Shown: piece after piece, positions 37,185 through 51,461 of the stretch | How positions within the stretch are numbered: the stretch's first letter is position 1 | How the letters are laid out: each line of letters starts with the position of its first letter | Assembly: GCF_028641065.1 (NCBI RefSeq) | Contig: NC_073415.1 | Coordinates: 8,990,001-9,054,000, forward strand | Source of the DNA: Leucoraja erinacea | Lineage: Eukaryota | Direction: 5' to 3' | DNA length: 64,000 nt | Notes under the pieces: model-generated | Told to the model about the DNA's origin: nothing | Databases searched by the model: none | What the model saw: the letters and a program-made list of their open reading frames with translations, nothing else | Program-made: the position numbers and the translations under genes

Positions 37185-38719
37185 GTGACAATCGTGCGGT
37201 AAACACGCCCATAATGTGCAGAGCGATGACCACTGCCGAGAGGTATGTACAGGGTCTTTGCTGTAGACTGCCCTTAACATCAGTGGAAGATTCACACTGG
37301 ATCTGAGCTCTGATAATCAGCGCAATGGGGTTACTCCCCATCTCTCTCACTCCCTCACATTACATATGAAGAAAGACTGGATAGACTCGGTTTGTACTCG
37401 CTAGAATTTAGAAGGTTGAGGGGGGATCTTATAGAAACTTACAAAATTCTTAAGGGGTTGGACAGGCTAGATGCAGGAAGATTGCTCCCGATGTTGGGGA
37501 AGTCCAGAACAAGGGGTCACAGTTTAAGGATAAGGGGGAACATTTTTAGGACCGAGATGAGAAAAACATTTTTCACACAGAGTGGCGAATCTGTGGAATT
37601 CTCTGCCACAGAAGGTAGTTGAGGCCAGTTCATTGGCTATATTTAAGAGGGAGTTAGATGAGGAACTTGTGGCTAAAGGGATCAGGGGGTATGGAGAGAA
37701 GGCAGGTACAGGATACTGAGTTTGGATGATCAGCCATGATCATATTGAATGGCCGAATGGCCTACTCCTGCACCTATTTTCTATGCTTCAATGCTTCTAT
37801 TCCCATCACAGTAAACCAGCATCTGCAGTTCCTTCCTTCACAGTAACCCCCCCCCCCCCTCCCACCACACACACACACACACCCCTCCTGCCTCTCATCA
37901 TAGACCTCCCACATTCCCATCACTGTAACCCCCTCCCTACCCAGTCTCCTGTCACAGTAACAACCCCCCCCCTGTTGTTCCCCATCATAGTTCATACCTT
38001 CATAAGCTCTATAAGCAGAATTAGACCCATCAAGTCTACTCCGCCAATCAATCTTTGCTGATCTATCTCTTCCTCTCAATCTTTGCTGATCTATCTTTCA
38101 TTCTGCTGCCTTTTCCCCATAACCCCTGACACCCGTACGAATCGAGTATCTGTCATTCTCTAAAAATATTACCCCCCACAATAATGAATTCCACAGTTTC
38201 ACCACCCTCTGACTGAAGAACTTCCTCCCTATCTCCTTTTTAAAGGTACGTCCTTTTATTCTGAGGCTATGGCCTCTGGTCCTAGACTCCTCCCACTAGT
38301 GGAAACATCCTCTCCACATCCACACTATCCAGCCTCTGCAAAAGTCATAGATAGGTTTCTTGAACTGCTTGAAGGTAGATAGAAACGCAGGAGAAACTCA
38401 GCGGGTGAGGCAGCATCTATGGAGCGAAGCAATAGGTGACGTTTCGTGTTGAGACCCTTCTTCAGACCTGAAACATCACCTAGTCCTTCACTCCATAGAT
38501 GCTGCCTGACTCACTGAGTTTCTCCAGCATTTTTATCTACCTTCGATTTTTCCAGCATCTGAACCGCTTTAGATCGTTTGACAAATGCTGAAGACTTGGA
38601 CATCACCTGGGATTAGCCTTCATGGTTCATTCACAGGGAACACATATATCACCTTCTTTGGTGCACTGTCCTCTACACTCTTTCTGTGAATTCTGTGACG
38701 GCAATGGCATATTCATCTA

Positions 38720-40070
38720 GCATAGTGAACCCCAAGAAGGCTACCGGCCCAGATGGAGTCCCTGGTAAGGTGCTCAAAGCGCGCGCCCACCAGCTCACTG
38801 CCATCTTCACCAGAATTTTCAACCTCTCCCTGGCCCAGGCAGTTATTCCGTCCTGCCTAAAATCAGCCACAATCGTCCCTGTGCCGAAGAAGTCTACCAT
38901 CACCAGCCTTAATGACTACCGTCCTGTGGCCCTCACTCCGGTAATCACAATAGTGCTTCGAGAGGTTGGTCCTCCAGCACATCAAGGACTATCTACCACC
39001 AGACTTCGACCCCCACCAATTCGCCTATCGCCAAAACAGATCCACAGAAGACGCCATTACCGTAGCTCTCCACTCTGTGCTGAGCCATCTGGAGCAGGGG
39101 CAGAGCTACGTCCGGATGCTCTTTGTGGATTTTAGTTCAGCCTTTAATACAATCATTCCGGACATTCTCATTGGTAAACTGGTCACTCTCGGCCTCCCCA
39201 CTGTCACATGTGCCTGGATAAAGGATTTCCTCACCAACCGGCCCCAGACTGTGAGACTCGGCCCCCACCTCTCCTCCACTCGCAGGTTGAGTACCGGTTC
39301 CCCACAGGGCTGTGTGCTAAGCCCCCTCTTATACTGTCTCTACACCTACGACTGTAGTCCGGCCCACAACAACAACCGCATCGTCAAATTTGCTGACGAC
39401 ACTACTGTGGTCGGACTTATTTCAAAGGGAGACGAGGCAGCCTACAGAGAGGAAGTCCTGAAGTTGACAACCTGGTGCTCAGAAAACAACCTGGCTCTGA
39501 ACACCAGGAAAACAAAAGAGCTCATTGTCGACTTCAGGAGGCACAGCACCAACTTAGCCCCCCTACACATCAACGGCGAGTGTGTGGAGAGGGTCAACAC
39601 CTTCCGGTTTCTCGGCGTCCATATCGCTGCTGACATCTCCTGGACGGACAACACGACAGCGGTCATCAAGAAGGCTCAGCAGCGGCTGCACTTCCTGAGG
39701 GTCCTCAGGAAGCACAACCTGGACTCTAACCTGCTGCTGACCTTCTACCGCTCGTCCATCGAGAGCCTGCTGACATACTGCATTACAGCATGGTATGGCA
39801 GCTGCACCATGGCAGACAGGGAGAGGCTTCAGAGGGTAACCAGGACAGCGCAGAGGATCATTGGCTGCCCTCTCCCCTCCCTGATGGACATCTACACCTC
39901 CCGCTGCCTTAGCAGGGCAAAGAAGATCATCAAAGACAGCTCCCATCCTGCGTTTGGACTGTTCGACCTGCTGCCCTCTGGAAGGCGCTATAGGTGCATC
40001 AAATCCAGGACAAACAGACTCAGGAAAAGTTGCTTTCCGAGAATTATAACTACTATAAATTCAAATTCAA
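38720..40070 (+). mobile_element. Rex1/Babar-type LINE, 5'-truncated; RT largely open with one frameshift near 38950
   Basis: ORFs 38686-39135 and 38966-40258: [47 protein letters not shown]. Confidence 0.92.
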
Positions 40071-42750
40071 CATGCACTGACTCACAACATGCACTTCCAT
40101 CTGTATATATGTACATACATATAGCGCCGCCCAACACCTATTCCCCCCCCCCCCTCTCCCTTTGTGGACTAAATTGTATGTATGCACTGAGTACGAGCAG
40201 CTTTCATTTCACTGTACATGTATGTATATATGTGGCATATCTATCTATATCTATCTAGTCACTTTCTGGAAGGAATCATTCCGCTTCAGTAGGAAGGAAC
40301 TGCAGATGCTGGATCAGTCTGAAGAAGGGTCTCGACCAGAAATGCCACCCATTCCTTCTCTCCAGAGATGTTGCCTGTCCCGCTGAGTTACTCCAGTATT
40401 TTGTGTCTACCTTATGCTTCAGTTTGTGTTTGTAAGCACAGAGTAGAATCACATTACAATATTTCAGAGGAAATGAGTCAGTTAAACGTCACCTCCAACT
40501 GTGACTTCCTGATTGCCTTTCACTGTTTCTAGTCCTAGCACAGCCCTTGTGACCATGCTCCCCGACCAAACAAAGCAGATTGAAAAGGCAAACCTTTGTT
40601 TTAGCTACTGTCGTGAACACACAAAACACCATCATCTGCTGTTAACGACCATATCTGTTCATTATCCCAAGATATGGGTTTGAAGAGCTTCCAACTAACC
40701 TAAACTAAACTAAATGAAACTTTAGGATTTTGTGGCCTTTGCAGTATTGCAAAGCCTTTCACCAAAGCCACTAATGATGTTAGGTCAGCCTGTGGCAAAG
40801 ATTTAAACAAGTCTTTGTCACAGCTAACCACAATATCCTCTTCCAAAATAGACTATGCATCCAAAACTGATTGTAGTTTACTCGGTTCCATTGTGGACAA
40901 TTCAATTATAGAAAAAAAAACACATCAGAGCAACTTATATGTAATTGTTTGTTTCAGAATCACTGGCTATGGTCAACATGACACAGTCCTCTAGCTAACA
41001 ATGATCTATTCTACATTTTCCATCAACTTCATCCCTTTTGATCTTTAGTTTTCACAACTTTTCCCTCCATTTCTGATCCCTCTCCCCTGACTTTCAGTCT
41101 GAAGAAGGGTCTCGACTCAAAATGTCACCCATTCCTACTATCCAGAAATGATGCCTGTCCTGCTGGGTTACTCCAGCATTTTATGCCTATCTTAAAAACA
41201 AAAGATAGCATGTACTATGGTGATATGGAGCTCTGCCTTGTAAAAACACTTCTGATGACATCTCCATTTTCAAACTGTTTATTCTATATTCAACACTCGC
41301 TAAACAGAAACTTCCTTTACTTAAACACTGGGAAGAATTAAGAATCACCTCAGACTCTAACACTGACTCCATTTCCTGGAGTTATATAATTTGTATATAA
41401 ATGTTTTGCTGCTTTGTGATATAATGGCACAACGGTACATGTGACGTATGGCCATGTGGTAGCGGTTGTCAGCCTTCAATATTGAGTTTAGTTTAGTTTA
41501 ATTTAGAGATACAGCGTGGAAACAGTCTCTTCGGCCCGCTGATCCCCGCACATTAACACTATCCTGCCCTAGGGACAATTTTTACATCTATATCAAGCCA
41601 ATTAATCTACAAACCGGTACATCTTTGGACTGTGGAAGGAAACCGAAGTCCTCGGCGAAAACCCACGCAGTCACGGGGAGAGCGTACAAACTCCATACAG
41701 ACACCACCTGTAGTCCGGATTGAACCTGGGTCTCTGGCACTGTAGGTCAGCAACTATACCGCCGCACCACCATGCCCCCCACAACACATGTTCTAAAGTT
41801 ACTGGTGAATCCTGGAATTTGTTCAATGTGTTATTTACCATTTTTTACAATGATGGGTCATGGACCACATCCCAGTACACGACACCTAGCAGCCCACTGC
41901 ATTCACACCCTAGGTTGTTTATAATTTTGGAGTCATAGAGTCAATACAGCATGGATCATCAAGCACCCATCTACACACAGTGTGTCACTACACCAAAACT
42001 AATCAATTTTGCTCTCAACACAAACCCATCCACCAGGGTGGCAGAGTGGCACAGCGGTAGAGTTGCTGCCTTACAGCGCCAGAGACCTGAGTTCGATCCT
42101 GACTGCGGATGCTGTCTGTACGGAATTTATACACGAAAAAGATAAATTTGAACATTTGTTCAAAATCTTATTTATTTATATATTCAATTTTGTATAAAGC
42201 AACATAGAATTAATTTAAAAAAAGCATTGCAATGTAAATGTTTGCAGCATTTTTACAGATTTTTCATTGCTATTGAAGTATGCAATAAGGTTATTCTAAC
42301 AAATGAAAATGATTCTGTTCATGTCTACACGATACCAAGTGTGGCAGACAACACTCTGTGTCAATACTTACAATGCAAATTTATCAAATTTAATCTGGAA
42401 TTATATTTCCCATCTTCCAAATTACTGTGCCATGCAATATATGTGTCAGAGGACGCGACTGGCTATTTGCCAAAAGCATCAATTCACTCCTCATCATCTC
42501 ATTTAATTACTGGCAAAGTGCCCGTAACATTCCCACATAAATGGAAACGGAAATATCAAATTCCCTTGTCCTAAAAGTCAGTGAGTACTGGAGGTCAGTT
42601 GAAATATTTCCTATTTTATCTAATCTCGTTTAATTTAGAGATACAGCACGGAAACAGGCCCTTTGGCCCACCGAGTCCACGCCGACCTGCGATACCCGCA
42701 CACTAACATTATCCTACACTCACTGGGGACAAATTACAATTAAACCAAGC

Positions 42751-44084
42751 CGGTGGCCCTTACCTCGGTAGTCATGAAATGCTTTGAGAGGCTGGTGAAG
42801 AATCACATCTGCGCCTTCCTCCCTCGGAACATGGACCCGTTGCAGTTTGCATACCGTCCGAACAGGTCCACGGACGATGCGGTCTCCCAGGTCTTGCACA
42901 CCGCTCTCTCCCATCTGGACAGCCAGAAGGGGGGCTACGTGAGGATGCTGTTCATAGACTACAGTTCAGCCTTCAACACGATAGTCCCCACCAGACTGGC
43001 CGGGAAGCTACTGGAATTGGGGCTCAACACCTCCCTGTGTGCCTGGGTCCTGGACTTTCTCACCGCCAGGCCCCAGGTAGTCAAGATGGGAGGGAATACA
43101 TCGAAGTCCCTCACCCTGAGCACAGGATCGCCCCAGGGTTGCGTCCTCAGCCCCCTATTGTACTCCCTGTACACACATGACTGTGTGGCTAGGTTCAGCT
43201 CCAATTCAATAATTAAGTTTTCTGATGACACTGTGGTGGTGGGCCTGATCTCAGACAATGATGAGAGGGCCTACCGGGAGGAGGTGGCTGATCTAGCACT
43301 CTGGTGCCAGGAGAACAGCCTCCTCTTGAACATCAAAAAAACGAAGGAGCTGATCATGGACTTTAGGAGGGCACATCATCCGAGGACGTACACTCCCATG
43401 TGGATAAATGGGGATACTGTGGACAGTGTGAGCGGTTTTAAATATCTGGGAGTCCACATCTCTGAGGATATGACATGGTCATCACACGCCTCAGCACTGG
43501 TGAGTAAGGCAAGGCAGCGCCTTTACCACCTCAGGCAATTGAGGAAATTCAGAGTGTCTCCGAGGATCCTCCAGTGCTTCTAAGCAGCGGCGGTGGAAAG
43601 CATCTTGTCCGGGAACATTACCATCTGGTTCGGGAATTGCTCTGCCAAGGACAAGAAGGCTCTGCAGAGAGTAGTGCGTTCGGCCGAACGCACTATGGGA
43701 ACTTCACTCACCCCCCTGCAGGAACTATACAACAGGAGGTGCAACTCCAGAGCAAACAAAATCATGAGAGACCTCTTCCACCCCTGCAACGGACTGTTCC
43801 AGCCGCTACGGTCAGGCAAACGCCTCCGTTGCCATGCAGTGAGAACGGAGAGGTTGAGAAGGAGTTTCTTCCCAGAGGCAATTCGGACTGTAAACGCCTT
43901 TCTCACCAGGGACTAACTGTACAGAACGTTTTTCCTTCTATTATTTATTATGTAAAATAATATGTGTGTTATGATTGTGTTTATAATTTGTTTGGTTGTT
44001 TTGTTGTTCCGCGAGCATTGCCACTTTCATTTCACTGCACATCTCGTATGTGTATGTGAGAAATAAACTTGACTTGACTTGACT
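42751..44084 (+). mobile_element. Rex1/Babar-type LINE, 5'-truncated, one in-frame stop (43581-43583), nested in a minus-strand SINE
   Basis: ORFs 42753-43583 and 43593-43916 in the same frame; aataaa(cttga)n tail; SINE halves at ~42630-42750 and 44085-44262. Confidence 0.92.
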
Positions 44085-47000
44085 ATTAACCTGCAAACCT
44101 GTACATCTTTGGAGTATGGGTGGAAATCGGAGCATCTGGAGAAAACCCACATGGGTCACGGGGAGAACGTACAAACTCCGTTCTGACAGCACCCGTAGTC
44201 AGGATCGAACCCAGGTCTCTGGCGCTGTAAGGCAGCAACTCCCGCTGAGCCACCGTGCCACCCTTAATGTATTTCATTACGATATAAAAGGTCATTTAGC
44301 CCATTGACTATATACCAGATCTCAGAGCAGTCCCATCTATCCAAATTCCCCATTTATTTCCTCTTAACCTATTTGCTTTCACACAACAATCAGTGCCTCT
44401 GATTCCCTTTCCACCCTCCTACACTCAGAGTCATTTACAGCATCCTGTTAACCTATTTACCGGGATGTGAGTGGTAACCAGGGCTTCCATGAAGCAGTGA
44501 TAGGGAGAGAATGCGAACTCCACACAGACAGCACTAACAGAGGGCGGGATGGAGCTGTGAGACAAGCTTGCTAACTGTTCTGTGTAGGAAGAAACTGCTG
44601 ATGCTGGTTTATGTCCAGGACAGACATTATGGGCTGTACTGTTCTGTTCTAAAGCCATTATCTTGGGCCCTGGCACACAGTTTATACACTCTCCCCATCC
44701 CTATTCCCAGCCAGCATCTGGAACAATGATGTACATCAGCTATGAACCAATGGTTCACACTTTATCCGAGAGTGAAAATTGTCTGAGTTCAAGTCCCAAG
44801 CTGGAGGTTTGAGCAGAGAGATGCCCACACTGTTGCTCTGGTGCAACACTGAAGGAGTATCAAAAGGAAACATTAAAAAGAAGCCCATCTCTCACACTGC
44901 ACGTTAAGCTGAGCTCTTGTCTGCTCTCCTACGCGGATGTTAAAGATTCCATAGAACTATGAAGATAAGAAGTTATTAACTGTGTCCTGACTAATGTTTA
45001 TCCTTCAATCAACATCTCAAACAAAGATCATCTAGTTGTAACCAAAGCACAGTTTGTAGAACAGCACAGCATAGGACGGGGCCTTTTAGCTTACAATGTC
45101 TGTGATGCCAAGTTAAACTGATCTCATCTGCCTGTACATGATCCATATCCCTCTATTTCCTGTCCCTCCATGCCTATCTAAAAGCCTCGTGAACACCACT
45201 ATCATATCTCTCTCCACCATTGGTGATGGCACAGGGGTAGAGTTGCTGCCTTACAGCGCTAGAGACTCAGGTACGATCCTAACTAGGGGTGTTGCTGCCT
45301 GTACGGAGTTTGTATGTTCTCCCCGTGACCTGTGTGGGATTTCTCTGGGATCGCCCCGGTTTTCTCCTACATTAACCCAGGTTTGTAGGCCAATTGGCTT
45401 TGTTAAAATTGTAAATTGTCCCCAGTGCACGTAGGGTAGTGTCAGTGTACGGGGATCGCTGGTCGCACAGACTCGGTGGGCCAAAGGGTCTGTTTCCGTG
45501 CTGTATCTCTAAACTAAAATAAACTAAAATTACCCATGGCATTACGTTCCAGGCCCCCACCACTCACTGTGTAAAAAACCTGCCCCTGTCCTGCACTTCT
45601 CCATTTATCTTTCCCCCCCTCACCTTATAGATATGCCCTCTAGTGTTGGACATTTCCATACTGGGAGAAAGTTCTGATTGTCTGCCCTATCTATGCCTCT
45701 CATAACATTATATGATAGATTGTGGCAGATTAGCTTGTGAAAATTGACTGCTGCCTTTCCCAACATTACCTCTGGGATTACAGTTGTTTAAAATAGACAT
45801 TCTTATGATGAACCATTGACCCAGGATAGACCTTCTGATGCTATATCTTCCCCATCACCAGTAACATGTGTTTCCTCCTTTGTAACATCACCACTCTGCT
45901 GCTGTGACCCTCACCCTTGCCCTTCCTTCCCAGAAACTCAATCATTCCATCACATACTGAGCCAATCTCACCCCTTTCACTCTCCATAAACCAGAGCACC
46001 TCCACAACCCTGGTGTTCTTGCCACAAACCCCATTCACTCATTATCCTGGTTCAGCTGACCAAACTTAATGAGTTGTCAGTTTGGCAATTTGTTCATTTA
46101 AAAATGCTCTTCTGCATTTTTGGTTCCCTCTAATTCCCTCGTGCTCCCTGTATTAGTAACCTCTCACAGTTCCGCTGTCTTCCATTTCCGCATTGCTAAC
46201 TCTGGCTACTTGATCTTTCAGGATTTGACTCAATGGCAGCTGATGGCTTTGAATCCTCCTCCCCTTAGAATTAACAATTTACTTCTTCAACTTTCCTTAA
46301 ATCCTACAGTTCTTTCAGATATATTTTGCATTACCAACCCACATCCTTTCCTTAATGTCTCAGTGACAAGCTACTTGATGGTTGTGCTTGTGAATGACCT
46401 TTAAATGGGTGTAGCACAGAACTGCAAATGGTGATTGATATAAGGGTAGACAAAACATGAGATGTGTAGTTTTGTTTTAGTTTAGTTTAGTTTAATTTAG
46501 TTTATTGTCACGTGTACCGTGGTACAGAGTAGAGCTTTTGTTGCGTGCTAACCAGTCAGCGGAAAGACAATACATGATTACAATCGAGCCATCCACAGTG
46601 TACAGATACACGACAAAATAGAATAATGTGAATAATGTTTAGTGCAAGATAAAGTCCAGTAAAGGTATTGGATGGAGCTGTTCCCAAACCATGCTGTGAA
46701 AATGCTTTCTACGGCGCGTCTGTAGAAGTTGGGGATATATAGCAGGACAGGCAGCATGTGCGGAGAAGGAATCAGAATAAACTTTGGTACTAACCAAAGA
46801 ACATCAATCTGTTTCTCCCCACCTGACCGCTGAGTGTTTCCAGCATTCTCTGTTCAATTTCAGATTTCCAGCATCAGCTGTTCATGATGCTTTTAAGGAC
46901 CATCATTCACTAATTCCCCATTTTTTAAATGACCGAGCCTTAATACTTCCTCTCTATCGGTTGTTCCCACGTTGCTCCTAATTCTATTGAAGTTTCTGTT

Positions 47001-50000
47001 CTTTCATTTTGCAGCCCAGGGCATGACCCTTCCACATTCTCCACCGATTCAGGGCTGACACAGTGGTAGAGAAGTTCCTGCAAACCCCTGCCCACGGCCC
47101 GCACCACAGAGTGGTAGTGAGCGGATTCACAGCCTCACCTCTCCCCTCCAGCACACGTTGTATCTGGGCAAACACAGAGACATCATGAGTGACTTCCCCT
47201 CCAGAGGATGAGAAATGACTGGAAGGTCAGCTCTGGGCCATGGGTATAATTAGCCTGGATAAATAGTCATAGAGGCTTACAGCGTGGAAACAGGCCCTTC
47301 AGCCCAACTTGCCCACACTGGCCAACATGTCCCATGTACCCTTGTCCCACCTGACTGCGTTTGACCTACAGTATATCCCTCTATATCTGTCCTATCCATG
47401 TACCTCTTTAAATGTTCCAATAGTCCCTTCCTCAACTATCTCCTCTGGCAGCGTGTTCCATACACCTACCACCCTTTGTGACGGAGACCTGGGTGCTGTC
47501 TGTACGGAGTTTGTACATTCTCCCCGTGACCTGCGTGGGTTTTCTCCGGGTGCTCCGGTTGCCTCCCACACTCCAAAGACGTACAGGTATGTAGGCTGGT
47601 TGGCTTGGATAAATGTAAAAAATGTCCCTGGTGCGGGACAATGTTAGTGTGCGGGGATCGCTGGCCAGTGCAGACTAGGTGGGCCGAAGGGCCTGTTTCC
47701 GCCTTATATCTCCAAACGAAACTAAAATGAGAAGTTTTACTGGTGTTCATCGCATAGCCAGTGTGGATTTTACTGCATCTGACCACCCTCAGTAAGGTAG
47801 GGAGCCAATGCTGAACAGTTTATGTGTGAAGAGTTTATTAAGTGAGGTTAAGAATAGAGGAAGAACTTCGCCTCAAAATACTCATTCTACTGATTATTTT
47901 TTCCTTATGATTATTCCTTACACATTATTTTTTTTTATTATTGTGAATAGGAAGCAACTATTTTCTATATTCTTTAAAACATCCTGCATTTGACTTGTGC
48001 AAAGCAGTTAAATAACTTTGGGTGCCTTTCATTTAACCTTCAGCTCGACACTTCAGAACAACAATACTGGTGAATGGGGCCCAGCCATCAGTGCCAAGTG
48101 TTTGCAAAATATTTGCTGACCCATTCAAACTCGGTTTCCCGCACTCCCTGGCTGTTGACCAATGTACCGGTAATTACAGTTATATTTTGTAGCAATATTT
48201 AACACTATGAGAACTGCGGAATGAGTGAATCGAATCAATTTACTTCTCGTCGCAGTGAGGCTTCGGGTTTTATAGATTGAAGAATTAGAGGGGATTAAAG
48301 AGAAATGTTTTCAGCCAGACTGGTGAGTGCCGAGAATTCACAATCTGCAAAGGTGCCGAGTTACTCCAGCACTCTGTGAAACATCACCTATCCATGTTCT
48401 CCAGAGATGCTGCCTGACCCGCTGAGTTATTCCAGCACTCTGTGTCAAAACCAAGAATCCTTGAGCCATTTGCAATTACACTGGAAGATAGCCAGTGGCT
48501 TTGAACTTAACTGTAAACAGGATAATTTAACAGTCTAAATTATCTTGAATTGAAAGAATGTCATGTTGTTCTGACTGATTTTCATCAAAGTGCTTGAATG
48601 GACTCATTCTTCCCTCTTCACAAAAATTAAAGATGCAGGAATTGGGAGGAGTATTCCCAAATGGGATGTGCAGTAAAAAATATGAGGTCATCCACTTTAG
48701 AGCACAAAATCTAAAAGGAGGATATTTTGGGTGTTCACAAGCATGTACATGTCCATGTACACATCACCTTGCAAACACAGCGAACAATTAGGAAGACAAA
48801 TGATTTGTTGCCTTTAATTATGAGAGTATTTGTAAAAAAGTAAAGCAGTTTTGCCTGCACATCTCCACTCCATACCAAGCCAGAGTCGCAGCTTATTCAC
48901 ACAGGTTCACGTCGATCGTTGCAAGCCTTGTACACTGTAAACAGCTACACAGTGGAATCGGCAGAATCGCTGATCACAACACATCCCCTCCACCCCCAAC
49001 AAGCTCAATGCATTGCATGTGTATGAAGGAACTGTAGAAACTGGTTTAAACCAAATATAAGACACAAAATACTGGAGTAACTCAGCGGGACAGACAACAT
49101 CTCTGGAGAGAAGGAATGGGTGATGTTTCGGGCGAGACCTTTCTTTTGACGACTCTCAACCAACATCCAAAAACAACTCTCAGCCATCACTTTCTCCTCC
49201 TATTACATAGGAAATAAATATCGAATCTACCAAGTCCCCTGGATCCCACGGGCTGTTAAAGTTGAATCAGCCTCTCAAGTCAGTCTTTGTCAAAGACCTT
49301 GCTTGAGTAATTCTAGATGACATCCTTTGCATTACCCTCATTGACACACTTAGCTAAACCTTTGGAAAAACTCAATCAATTTAACAGACAGTGTCTTCCC
49401 TTATCAAAGCCACATTGCCCCTCCAAGTGCAAATTATACCTGTCCCACAGAATGTTTTCCAATAACTTCCTTATCTCTGATGATAGATTCATCAATGTGT
49501 AACTACCTGGCTTATATTTGTTCCCCATCTTGGATACAGGTACCACTGTCATTTGGCACCTCTTATGTGGCTGAAGAGACTCAGCAATCTCTTCCCATCA
49601 TTTATACATCTATAACCCTGTTCAGACATCTATTATCTCCTTTTAATTGATCATTTGCTTCAACATTCCATCTGCTGCAAATCACTAACTTCTCCAGCCA
49701 GTGAATGGAGTTGGGAAGTATTGAGTACACAAGTTCACGTTATAGGAGCAGAATTAGGCCATTCGGTCCATCGAGTCTACTCCGCCATTCGATCATGGCT
49801 GATCTCTGCCTCCTAATTACATTTTACTGCCTTCTCCCCATAACCCTTGACACCCGTTCTAATCATGAATTTGTCTATTTCTGCCTTAGAATATCCGCTG
49901 ACTTAGCCTCCACAACCCTCTGTGACAGTCTGAAGAAGGGTCTCGACCCGAAATGTCACCCATTCTTTCTCACCAGAGATGCTTCCTGTCCTGCTGAGTT

Positions 50001-51374
50001 ACTCCAGCATTTTGTGTCTATCATGGGAAATATTCAGTTAATACCTCACCATTTTCAAGACAACACCAACCTAACAACATTCCATCTCCTGAAATATAAA
50101 ATTGTCCAAAGCTTTGCCTTTCTTCTCTCTGGAAAGCCTTCTGCTCTAAAATGCTGTAATGAGCATGTTGGCCATCCTTCTGACCAGATGTGGCCACCAT
50201 CTGCAGCAAATTGCCCAGATACTCCATCCTTCCTTATATGTCAAAATATCTCCCACTCACACATTCCTGAAAGAATTCAGGATTGCATCATCTGCTGCAG
50301 ACTTATTTACACATAAGAATCTCGGCCCCAGTGAAGGCTTCCTGCACTTTCAACATACACACTGCTCATCTGTAGCTTTAGTATTTTATTTATAAATACT
50401 TTTCCTGAATTAACACACTAACAGTCACTTTCTGCCTCATGTTTGTATGAAGCTCTCCAAGTATATGAGGCAAGAGAGGGAATTGCCTTCTTTCATTGTC
50501 CCAAATTTCCCTCTCATCAGATTCCATACCATACTCTGTGTTTGAAGCATTCTGCTTGAGACAACTATATGTTGGAGTACTTCAATTATGAGGAGAGACT
50601 AGGTCTGTTTTCCCTGGAGTGGAGTAGGTTAAGAGGTAACACGATTAAGGTATATAAAATTAAAAGGGGTGTAGATGGAGCAGACTGCACAAAACGTTGC
50701 CCCATATCAGAGATTAATACAATTTGAGGATAGACACAAAATGCTGGAGTAACAGTGGAACAGGCAGCATTTCTGGAGAGACGGAATGGGTGACGTTTCA
50801 GGTCGAGACACTTCTTCAGACTAATGTCAGGGGAGTGGGAGGTACATAGATAAGGAAGTGCATAGATAAGGAAGTGTAAGGTTCGAAAGGACACGGAATG
50901 GAGATCAAGGAACATGTAGAATAGATCATTGTTGGTTGGGAGAAGGTAACAAAGCAAACAGGACGACTCGAGGACACAGATTTAAGATAACAGGTAAGGA
51001 ATTTAGAGGGGATCTGAAGGAAACATTTTTCATTCAGAGAGTGGTGAGTACCTGGAATGTATTGCCTGAGAGAGTGGTGGAAGCAAGAGTCAAGAGTGTT
51101 TTAGTGTCAGAAAATAGACACAAAATGCTGGAGTAACTCAGCGGGACAAGGCAGCATCTCTGTAGAGAAGGAATGGGTGACGTTTCAGGCCTAGACCCTT
51201 TGTCAGACTGAAAGTCACGGGAAAGGGAAATGAGAGATATAGACGACGATGTAGGGAGACGTAGAACACATTAATGAAAGATATACAACAAAGTAACAAT
51301 GATAAAGGAAACAGGCCGTTGTTAGCTGTTTGCTAGGTGAGAAAGAAAAGCTGGTGTGATTTGGGTGGGGGAGG

Positions 51375-51378
<4 letters not shown>

Positions 51379-51457
<79 letters not shown>
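51379..51457. repeat. (GA)n microsatellite
   Basis: Pure dinucleotide run. Confidence 0.98.

Positions 51458-51461
<4 letters not shown>

Noticed and set aside
49705-50316. 203-aa ORF
   Set aside because: Runs through a CR1 tail, the Penelope-associated repeat and other degenerate repeat sequence; no coherent domain
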